A DNA stretch of 64,000 bases from positions 124,001 through 188,000 of the forward strand of contig JAQGDQ010000437.1 in the NCBI GenBank assembly GCA_030141605.1, given 5' to 3'. The notes under the pieces were generated by a model. That model saw only the letters and a list, made by a program, of their open reading frames with translations. It made no database searches and was not told the origin of the DNA. This DNA comes from Tubiluchus corallicola (Eukaryota > Animalia > Priapulida). This document shows positions 25,205 to 36,500 of this stretch, piece by piece (the stretch's first letter is position 1; every line of letters starts with the position of its first letter). The position numbers and the translations under genes were made by a program.

Positions 25205-25772
25205 GGTTGTGCTAGAGTGCATACTCCAGTGACTACAGCTGTGCTAGAGCGTATGCTTTAGGCATTGCTAGAGTGCATACTCCATTGGGGTTAGAGTGCA
25301 TACTCCAGTGATTGCAGCTATGCTAGCGTGCATACTCCAGTGACAACAGTGGGGTTAGAGTGCATACTCCAGTGATTGCAGCAATGCTAGAGTGCATACT
25401 CCAGTGACTACATGGGTGCTAGACTGCATGCTCCGGTGATTGCAGTTATGCTAGAGTGCATATTCCAGTGACTACAGCGGTGCTAGACTGCATGCTTCAG
25501 TGACTACAGCCACACTAGAGCGCATACTCCAGTGACTAAAGAATTGCTAGAGTGCATACTCCAGTGACTAAAGCATTGCTAGAGTGCATACTCCAGTATT
25601 ACAGCCATGTTAGAGTGCATAGTCCAGTGACTACAGCCACAATAGAGTGCATACTCCAGTGACTAAAGCATTGCTAGAGCGCATACTCCTAGAGTGCATA
25701 CTCCAGTGACTACAGCTATGCTAGAGTGCATACTCCATTGACTATGACGGTGCTAGAGTACATACTTCAGTG
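25205..25772. repeat. ~31-bp minisatellite
   Basis: Core GCTAGAGTGCATACTCCAGTGACT, ~18 copies. Confidence 0.95.
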
Positions 25773-26329
25773 AGCGGAGGTATAAATTTATCACCGACAC
25801 AAATATATTCACAACGATGAAAAATTCACAAAGTTGAAAATGACATTCATTTACTACACTACGAGCGAGCAAAATTTAACGTCACAACAAGCTCATTCTA
25901 GATTATGCTTTTTTCTCACATATCACACTTAATTCATGGGAATGTATCGGGTGGTGTGGGCAGTGCATCACAACACATTAACAATGTGTAATAACAATAT
26001 TAACAATAACGTGTAAACTATTCGATTATGTTTCCATCACGCACATAATATTATACTTTCATAATTTATTTCTGATTTTAGCTTCTGGTACATTGTTGTT
26101 ATGGCTTTAACTTTAAACATTTTTATTGCAGATAACTATTATGAGATTTGATTGTTAAAATAGTTACATTTCATTAGCAGAATTGAATTTGATGGAATGC
26201 TATCCATCCATCATTTTATAGACAGTTGTATACCGTAGCTTTGTGACAACCATTATTTTGTAATTCTGGTTTGCACGCATAACTGTACAGTAAGTCCTCT
26301 CACTTAACGACTCCCTACTTAGCGATACT

Positions 26330-26886
26330 GTCTACAGCCATATCACGTTGAAAACGCTGGTTCTCGTCTGACCACCGAAGTTAAGCAACGTAGAGCCTGG
26401 TTATTACTTGGATGGGTGACCGCCGAGGAATACCAGGTGCTGTAGGCTTAGGGGATGCCCACACTGTATCTTGACACTAGGCGGAGGAGCTGCACAAGCG
26501 ACCAACGGCTAGAGGGCAGAGGAGGTCAAGTGACCCAACGGCCATGTGTAGAGGAGTAAACCTTCCAAATCAGGAGTGGAGCCCTGAAGGCGGACCAGTG
26601 CAGCATGCTTACTGACTCCGGCAGCTCCTGCAGCCAACCTGGTGCCAAACGTATCGCTCCGCTTTCCTTTGGACTACACCAGGGAGGAAGAGAGGGGTTC
26701 CTGCGGTCTGGGCAACACCAGGATCTCCATACAGCTTGCCCAGGCATGCGCCCTGAAGAGGCCACTTCAGTAGTTCAAGGATCGGATTGCTCAGCCACAG
26801 TCGACGCTGCAGCTCCATCAATGTGATCAATAACTGACTCTCTTGGCGCACATTCCATTGTCTTCCGAGAGAGAAGGATGCCAACC
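26330..26886 (+). mobile_element. 5S rRNA-derived SINE, copy 2
   Basis: Starts GTCTACAGCCATATCACG; same body and GGATGCCAAC end as copy 1. Confidence 0.88.
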
Positions 26887-26943
26887 AATAATTTTGGACG
26901 GCTTCTATCCCATTCATTTTGCTAATTTACATTTCTATTACAG

Positions 26944-27066
26944 TATGAGAAGCCACCATCCAGGATCCCGTACAAAGCCATAACTCTTGCAGTTATTTTG
27001 TTTTTAATGGGTTGTATTCTCATCATCATCGGTGCCTTACTTCTCACGGGTTACATTGATGCAAAA
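26944..27066 (+). pseudogene. TMEM230: Orphan TMEM230 internal exon ([41 protein letters not shown])
   Basis: Acceptor ttacag and donor gtgagt, 123 nt, open frame. Matches the TMEM230 segment PPKIPYKAIALA..LFL.G..LIIIG.LLL.GYI. No other TMEM230 exon found in the window; lies inside a TIR element. Confidence 0.8.
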
Positions 27067-28338
27067 GTGAGTATGGCAGATGCTTCGGCTAATCATTTGA
27101 CACCGTTCTTTTGCTTAGCATCGCATGCTTCACTTTAACGACACTTTTTTGCCTTACCTTAAACACTAATTTACTGCATTTGTACTCAATCAAGAAGCCA
27201 GCCACTTAACCCAGATCACGGTAGCACAACTAAACTGACAGCAGACAATCAGCTATACCCAGGCCACCATGATTCACTGCTCTTCCAGGCTTAGATAAAA
27301 TCCATGATAAAACGCAAGAGCTTCAGCTGATAAAACTCCCTCCTGTTACACAGTTAATTGCTCATTTACAATTCGGTTTTCCTCAGTTCAAACTGGTAAT
27401 ATTAGTAATATTTTAATCAAAGAAACGCTTTAGAACTATAAGCAATAAACCTTATAAGGTGTTTAATTTATGAGCCAAATGTTATTGATTTTTCTCCTGC
27501 AATATAACCGAACCTTTTAACATAGCCACGCTCAGTGATTTTTGTCCACTGCAATCAAGTGAATGTTTTTGCATTGCGAAGCACTACTGATTTTTGCACC
27601 TGGAACACGACTGAATGGTTTTACATGGAAAACAGTGTTTCGTTTAGCAACGTTTCACTTAACACGTTTTGCTGGAATGCATTGGCATCGTTAAGCGAGG
27701 ACTTACTGTATAGTATTGTCTAATAGTAATGTTACAATGGTCTGTGTAATGTTACAATGGTATGTGTAACATTATTGTGATTTGTGACCACGAGATTGCC
27801 AATTTGAGCAAGAAGTCCGTTTATCAGCACACTGTGTTGATTTTGTAAATAAATTCATCAGGTAGTCATCGTCTTACGACCTAACCGACTTACGAATGTT
27901 CCACTTTATAACCCACGTAAGACTTTATTGATTAACTAAAGGAAATCAAATTTAACTCGTACTTCTTTTGATTTTTTAAACAAATTAACTTTATATTGTT
28001 ATCTGTTTCAGAAAATTCATCATAGGTGGTGCTACCATAGTTAGAGCACACACATACACACACAATCTCTCGTGCGTAAGAGTGCACCATTTGAATTACG
28101 TTGAATATACGGGGCCGACTTGTACCCCTATTTGTCTTACGATCGATCTGCAGGAACCGAATGTGGCCAGAAATCAACGACTACCTGTATCATTAAAACG
28201 TCCCTACCAGTAAATGTTTGACGATTCTTGAAAGTCAGGTTTTGAATCCCGGTTGAAAATTATGAGCAAAATGGTAGGAAAGCCGAGTGACAGATATTGA
28301 GGATATAGAAGAACTTTGAAGCACCGATCGTGCAGAAA

Positions 28339-30563
28339 TCATTTACGGCGATTCCTTGGCGCTGCTTGCGGCGGCGACGTCTGATTCGACACCGCCTGGC
28401 GATACTCTTCTAAAATATTCTGCACACGCTCCATTATGGCGGGGTCATTATCGGGCTGGGGTTTGGGCGCCGTATTCGTGTTGCGACGGGGCTGAGGGGA
28501 CCCTGATTGCGGGACCGAATTTGGGCGCATTGGGGGCGAGGGATACGGCTTTTTACTGCCCAGTGGCTGAGTAGGTGGCGCCGAACTCGACGCACCCGGA
28601 TGACTGACATTCGGTGCGGGTTTGTGCGCAATCAACGTGATTTGTTGGGGGACAATGAGAGGAGATGTTGGCTTGGTGAGTACTATAGTTGTGGGGGGCG
28701 GGTGCACAGAAACGAATGTCGGTGGGCTGGGCACTGCCTGCACATTTTGCACTGGCACTGTGCTGCTAATGAAAGTAACGGTTTGTACTGGCGGATTTGT
28801 GGTCGTCTGATACTCTTGTAGGGTATCATTAATCTCCGACTGCTCGGTAAGGTGCTCCTCTTTTACCGATCCGGCTGCCAGGCTGGGCAGTACTGCCGAT
28901 AGCGTTTGCGATGAGTTGAGCACGTGACTCATGCCGGGCAGCGGCGAATCTACCGAAAACAAGTTTGAACACGTTGTGGCGGCGGGTGTCGCCGCTTTAT
29001 GCTCTATGATGACCTTTGGCTGCGTTTGCACAGACTCCACCGTCTGATTGGCCAGTTCTTCTTCCAACGACTCATCCGCTCCAATCACCATACTGTTCGA
29101 CGGTTGCCTAGCCGAGAACAGGGAAGAGAAGCTTGGCAGTTTCGTGCCCTGGAGCAGCGACACGGACACTGGCGGGTTCGCCTGCTGCGAGCTGGCAATC
29201 ACAGAATTTGCACTTATCGTGCTGTTGACCACGTCCAGCTGACTGGCCGTATATGGAGAGGGTGGTGGAGGCATCATTATCGTATACGGTGTCATGGCAA
29301 AAGGCCACTGACTGCTAACCACAGGATAGGGTACGCTGAGGCGCATCTGCATCTGGCCCGACCAGTCCGGGTGTGGACTGGTCAGCACGGAAGTGCTCGC
29401 GTCTAGTAGATCGGCCTCGGAATGGGCAGTGCTGATAGCCTCCTTCGCCAGCTCGCTGGAGACCACATGGGGAGCAAGATCAATGTTAACAGCAGATATT
29501 TCAGTTGTCGGTGAGGACATGTCTCTGTTCAAGAGATGAGAATCATCCGCGTCCGCTGCTGCTTCTTTTGCGCTGTCCCGATCACTCGAAATCTGCGACT
29601 CTTGTTCTGACGTGCTGCTGGGATATGCCGCTGATTGGTTGACTAAGTCGTCTAAGCCGTCCGTAGAGGTAGGAAAAGAAACCGAATTTTGCAAGGTAAT
29701 GTCTGGCGGCAACGGTTTGACAAATGTTTGTCCGTTCTCTTGAAGGTCGGCAGCCACGCTGCTCGACACGGTGTCACTCGAGGGCAAGTGATGCAGAGGT
29801 CTCGTTGCCGGTTCGGGAAGTGAAACGGAAAGTTTATCTCCGTCGCCGTCGACCTTTCCCGCCTTCTTGCTTTCCTTCTCTTTCTCGCCACTGGCAAGCA
29901 GCCTTGATGGCGCCGCCGTACGCGTGTACGGATACGTTGCAACTTCGGGATATGGATACGGTCTCGGAGGAGGCATTTCCTTAAAGGGGACTTCTATTTT
30001 CGGTAACGAAGCCATCTGCGGGAGTGGGCGACTATGTACATCTATGAAGCACGGAGCGTTACGTAAAATGTTGTTAACTTTTGCTTCGTGTGTTTGTGAA
30101 GGGTCGTAATTACTTTCATTTGCTGATGTGGTGTTATTATTATTACAGTTTACGTCTGCAATCATTGCGTCTAATTCGTCCTTGTCGTCTGTCCTTAAAT
30201 CTTGTGAGTGATCGTTTACATACTTTGAGTTGGATAAGTTATTAGAAGAACCGTTCAACTTTGCCGTGCACGACTGTGACACTATCCCTACTTGCTCGCT
30301 CTGTGTGTTACTATTTGATGGTTCGTTTGTGTAAGTGTACATATCAGCTTGACTTTCACCGCATTCCCAGTTGCCCTCGCTGCCCACCAGTCTTTGTTTT
30401 TTCCACGGAACGTGACCGGGCAAAGCGTTTTTCTTCTGCCGAGCCCGCTTCTTTTTCCCCGGCTGCTCCGGGTCGCTGTACGACGACGGGGGAGCGAATT
30501 CGTCCGGCCGTTCCATTCTCTGCTTCTCCTCCCACTCTGCTTGCGTCAATTCTCTCACTCCCA
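28339..30563 (-). CDS. CCDC174: CCDC174 long terminal exon (~740 aa, mostly Ser/Pro/Thr-rich low complexity)
   Basis: Acceptor tgttgcag, phase 1 matching the donor at 34539. Open for 2225 nt with higher GC than the flanks. Starts VGVRELTQAEWEEKQRMERPDEFAPPSSY and ends ...MERVQNILEEYRQAV...RRK*. Confidence 0.88.
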
Positions 30564-33500
30564 CTGCAACAGCAAACAGAAAACGAACCGTTCAGCTGCG
30601 TCGTGTGAACATACCTTTATTTTTACGTACACAGACTACTTTCCAACAATTAACTGTACAGATTGGATGGTGGCGGCGCAAACTGTCGGGGTCTTTCCGA
30701 GCGTTTTTTCTCTATCCACTCATCCTGGGTCATTTGCCGATGTGGAGCTGCAAGCAAACGAACACCAATGTGCAACGACAACACCAACATGCTAAGTAAA
30801 TAAATAAATAAAAGAAATAAACAACTAGAAAAAAAAACAGTGCTATAACTACTGGCTAACAAACATGCATCGATGTACTAAACATGTAACGTACGATAAA
30901 CTATAAATGCGTACCTAATAAACTATCTTTAAAGCAAATCTGGACCCAATTTTGAACTGTAGGTCAAAACAACCTACTCCTTAAAATATTGAAAGGACAA
31001 ATTTCAAAAATGACGTGTGAAAAATCACAAATTTCTGTGTGAATTGGCAAAAGCTACAATCATTTCAATGCACATTTTACCAATTTTTCCAGAATTAATG
31101 AAGACAAATTTATGTATTTAGAAAGTTTTGGCTTCATGATGCACGCGCCGTAAAGAAGCCAGTGTGAGTTAATTTACGTATTAATTTAGGAACTGGTTCG
31201 AGGAGTTAACCTCGTTAAAATAGTACGTTACTGCGCTTTCGAAAAAAGAATAAATTTAGCGTTTTGACAGAAGAAAAAGTTCTCGTTTTTTGTTTACTGT
31301 CATCGCAAAAGTCACCATGACAAGTAATCATAACAGACTACATTTTTAAAGGAAAAGCTAACACATTCTCATACTGTAGCTTTAAGCAACCTAATCCATA
31401 AAATACTGAAAAGGAACGCATTGTTTTTTAAGAATGCTTTACCTGAAAGAATTATTACCACACAAACACAATTTCACGTTCGTGCCACTATGCTTCGCTG
31501 TGACATGCATTTCGCCGTTTGCTAGCTAGATGGGCATTTCGGAAACGCCTTGCACAAAGAGCAGGTGCTGTCACTTCTCAATTCAGATGTGTCTGACGAA
31601 CTACACACGTCCGATGGCTCATGCATGAGCACAGCGATAAATTCGAAATTTGAATTTTCATCTTTAAACTTTCCTAGTGTTACTATAACACACTGTATCT
31701 CTAGTAGACAGGATGATTTTTCATATACTACCCCATTTTCAAGTCCGATAAAAGGTAGATACCTTTGTGCATTTTAGCACAATACCAAAAGTGTGCCTGA
31801 TAATTAATTAAGATTAAAAACTCATTTAATGGCTGGCAAGCTCAACTAGTGATAACATCACAAATTAACATAATGTTCAACAGCAAAAATATCCCACGAG
31901 CGTGTTGCACGTGTTTGCAAAAGCAAAAATTGAAGTACAGTGTTACTGTAAAGTATTCAGTGTGTTGTACTAAAACTAGACAAGTTTTAAGATAGAAAGT
32001 CAAATTTCAAATTTACCGCTGTACTCACACGAGTTGTCGAACGTGTGCAGTTCATCACAAACTAACACATCTGAACTGAGAGGTACAGTACCTGTTTTTG
32101 TGGAATGCGTTTCCGAAATGCTAGACTAGTGAATGGCGAACTAGACTTCGTCCAACTAGTGAATGGCAAAATGCATGTAACAGCGAAGAACTAGTGGTGC
32201 GAAATTCAATATTTTAAAGAGCAGATTGTTTTGATCGGCAGTTTAAGATTGGCTCCGGTTTTGCTTTAAGTTCGGCATCGTGATTTAATGAATCCCAGAA
32301 ATATCAATGCTGTATTTCAACATTTTCATATTTTCCATCTTTCAATCTTGGTATGAAAATTGAATCAATTGTGGGTTAAGGCCATGACTGACACAAACAT
32401 CTAATTGACCCGGGGCTGATGGCATTTCACATGCAAAGAGTTCAAGTGCCGATATACATTGAAAGTCTATTGGAGATCATTTATTGGTCATCCTTTGAGC
32501 TTTTAAATTGGAGCATTGGTGGTTTAGAGTATCTAGAGCAGGGGTGTGCAAATTATCTGATTAACGGGGTCACATTAGACTTTCCCGCAATTCCTGTGGG
32601 CCACAGGCAGTTTGATCAAGGAGCCAAGTACAGAAAGGCCTAATAACGATTTTTTTTGCATCCGACCTGCGTACATCATTACTACTGCACTCAAGAAACT
32701 ATTTTAGAAGTTATTAAAATTTATATTACAAACCATATATTTCTACTTTCAGGACAGATAGTGGTAATTTCATTACAATGTATATTAGTAATGTGTATCA
32801 CACAGTCTGTGTAGTACAGTGTTATTAAGCTACAACCGTCTTGTAAGGGTTAATGGCATCCGATCTAGTAGAAAAAACTACCCACACTATCTTTGGGATT
32901 GTGGCATGGACTTCAGCTGGATACACTCAATCGCACGGGCCTCACTTTCATTAGGTTGACAAATCTCTTCGCGGGCCGCACAAATTCTCTCGGCGGGCCA
33001 CAATTTGCACACCCCTGATCTAGAGGGTGCCCCTAATAGTACCTCCAAATCAATTTCGATCACATTTTTTGGGTTCATCGGTGAAACTTTGATCCTCGTT
33101 ACCTGAAGGATCTTTACTCTTTACTACATAAAGACCATTGGCTCTAAATAATAAATCTGATCATGGAGATCACATATTTGTCATTTTTAAAGGACAGCAA
33201 AATGGCCAACCAAAGTACGCCTCAGAAAATTCGCAATAAAAATTATATCGCCCAAGTATACTCTTAAGCGAATAATCACGTTTTCGATTTTACTCAAATT
33301 TTTGTAAAATATTTCAACTGCTGCAGTAAATGTTGGCACAGACATGTTTCATTTAGTCCGCCAAAATGAAAAGCCAGCACGTGACTGATCACGTGGCATG
33401 ACGTCACTCGAACACAGTCGCAGTGAGTTCTGAGCACGTGTACTATAAAGATTTGTGTTGTCTTTCTGTAACGCCATCTAATATGGCGCCGCCGTGACAG

Positions 33501-36500
33501 TCTCGCGGGATTATTTAAAATGAAAACAAACAGGAAATTCTTTTTAACGTGAGTATGATAAACGGTTAAGATTACCTCTAGCCGTTATGATTCTTTAGCG
33601 AAAATTTTCTGAGACTTGTTTTAACTAGGCCTTTTCTTGTTCTTTAATGGAGACCTGTCAATCTATGTTATTTTTTCATCACTTTTCTTTATTTTGGAGA
33701 ATATATACTTATACACGTCAAATTTGCTAAATGGTACTGCGCCACACATTCTGTTTCACCTATGCTGTTTCAATCTCTCTCATGTCTGTTTAGTCATAAT
33801 AATTCTATGAGTATTTCTTATGCTGAGATATATAAAACTCTTCAAGAAAATTTTTATCAAAACGCATCTAACAAATTGGTACTGAATTCGTTTGTCAAAT
33901 TAATATTGTGTGTGTACTTAATAGAAACTTAGTAGTACTTATCTAGTACATATTTAGTAATTCTGCTTAATTCTTAGGTATACAGTAAACGCTAAACGCT
34001 TAAGATTGCCTCCATAAGATTGACCATTATAATTCTTTAGCGAAAATTTTGTGAAACTTGCTTTAACTAGGCCGTTTCTTGACCTTTACATTTAGAGATT
34101 GGTGGATTATGAAGGGGGCGCCACTAACGTACCCCAATATCACACTTTCAGTACACGAATAATAATAACAACGTAGTATTCAGTACAAAAATACAAACTT
34201 CTATCAGTTCCGCAATTCAAGAGTTGGTCGGTTAGCGAACGCAAAATTGGAAGAGTAAAAACGAGAAAAAACCGAAAGGAATGACTGAAAGGGTGCCTGA
34301 AGTTACGACATAAAATCCTACCACCCCTCCGTGTATGGTCCACGACCGGCGAATGAAACACGTCCATTTATTCACAATCTACCAATGACAGTCGTGAAAT
34401 ATGGACATAATTCTTTAGCCAAATCACGGATGTCAGAAACAGGTTTGTGTGCAAGGTGCAAAGTCTACAATCTAAACAACAACAACAACAAGAGAAATAA
34501 ATGCGACCACTGCGCATGCAAACCGTGCAAGTTTGTACCTTTTCCCAGGTCCCACTCTCGTATGGGAGGCGGTCGAGTCGCACTCGGTACGCCCAACTGC
34601 GCAGCTTCCGCTTCCGGTTGCTTAACGACTTCCCCTTCTTCAAGCTCCTCTTCAGGCCGAACGTCGGCATCTGGGAAAAAAAATCATTTTTCACTTTTTA
34701 ACGCAATAGTGAATACTCATCAGTCCAGACATTGAGGTAATGATTACAGTAAACTGTGTAATTCATACATCTGGGGACCTGCAAATATGTTTGAGTTACG
34801 GGTACGAGTTAGACAATGTTCGTTTATGAAAACCAATGCAAAATTGGTCCTTGAAATGCAATAACCACAGAGGTTATGCTAGGTGCGAGCACATGTCTTT
34901 AGGTTGTACTGAAGCATATAGCTAAGCAGCGGCCGACCAGCTAAGTGGCACGTGGCATTTGTTAGTGTATGTAGTTTGTACTAGAGAGAAAAGAATTATG
35001 TAATAAATGTGAAAAAGGAAAAGTTAGGTAGGTCAGTAAGAACAGGATAGCGCTAAAAAACAGTTTGGAGAAAGAGGGTCATGGGAGCAGCTTCACACAT
35101 CATAGTTTTAGTTTTTTGAGAGGTGATTATATTTTCATTTTTGCAGAAGTGTAATTAATAATTATAAAATGGTTTGTGTTAATGGAGAGAAATTTTGCAT
35201 ACGTATAGTTATAATATTTTGCAAAGAATATGTTATGAAAGGAGTAAGGAAGACAAATACAAATACAGGTTTTGGAGCCATCAGGAGGAGACTTGACAGT
35301 CGAATTTCGGCTGCTAACTCCTCTACAAGAAAGGAAGATAGAGTCACTCAGCCACATCGAATAATACACTAGTAACACTACAGCCTACGAAAATAATAAA
35401 CTGATTGTTTAGTCAAACATGAAACAACATTTTTTTAAAAATAATCCAAAATAGAATGACTGGTTCACCTCTAGTGTAGTTTGAGCAGCGTGGTTAATAA
35501 AACTTGACAATAATATTGCGATCCACATTAAACCACGTTTGTTAAGCCATGTTGTGTTCAGTGTTCTACTAAGGTAAGACACGAAATCTTAGCATTTTTC
35601 CTGAAACTAGCAGTTAAAAACGTAATGTGGTGCACACTTTCGCGTAGGATTTCTCGCTAGGAAGGTTGTTCGAGATAGGCAGGGCAATTTCAATTAGGTT
35701 CTTACAAATTGTACCGGAAATTAGGTTAGAGTTACGCGATGAAAAACTGCTCTCACTAAGCAGCGATTACATTATATTCGACAGTTTCTGTAGGTTTCTG
35801 CTCCTCACACAATGGATATTCATGCAAACTTATACATGAAATGCATTTGTTTACTTTAGACAAATTAAAAATCGATTTTTGATGAATAAATTGAAAAAAA
35901 AGTTTTCAGTAACTGCAGTGTTTGCACTGTGACAATGTACAGTATCACTTGTGTGAAATCAGCTAATGTAGAAAATTTCAACTATCTAGGCCCTACACCC
36001 TAGTACACTTTGGCCTCAAGTTTAATCTACTTTTAAGGAGAAATTCCTGTTAAAAGATGAACCGATTTTAATTTATGCTTGACTGATTGGTTGGCTTTTC
36101 CTGGATTTCTGTACAGCAGATGGTTTTATTAGGCTGTAGCAAGTAGGCAATCAATAAATTTCTGTGTATGATCTAACTAAGCCAGACTAGGCCAGACTAA
36201 GCTACTCAATAGGCTAAGTTGGAGAGCCCGAAAAGGATGTGTTTTTTCTTAATTTTATCCAATTAAATCACATATAGATGCTTAAAGAAATAACGTTATT
36301 GGATAGCCTATATTATCTTGAATTTGTAATCATTTAGTCGTGTCTGTGCTCATACAGCAGCAGAAAAGTCGCAGGTCTTACAAGACCTATCTTGCCGTCC
36401 AGAAGTAGTTAAACGAGAAATAACAAGCGCTTCTTACCTTCTTCGATGCCCTTTAATTTCTTTCGCTCTTTAACTTTCTGTAGCCGGGCTTGAATGTTGG

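Larger units (their letters stand above)
26288..27708. mobile_element. Non-autonomous Tigger/pogo-like (Tc1/mariner) TIR element carrying a SINE and a TMEM230 exon
   Basis: TA|CAGTAAGTCCTCTCACTTAACGA ... TCGTTAAGCGAGGACTTACTG|TA: inverted termini with a TA target duplication. Confidence 0.78.

Noticed and set aside
28356-30795. Plus-strand ORFs overlapping the long CCDC174 exon
   Set aside because: Antisense shadows of a GC-richer coding exon, with no recognisable motifs or splice support.
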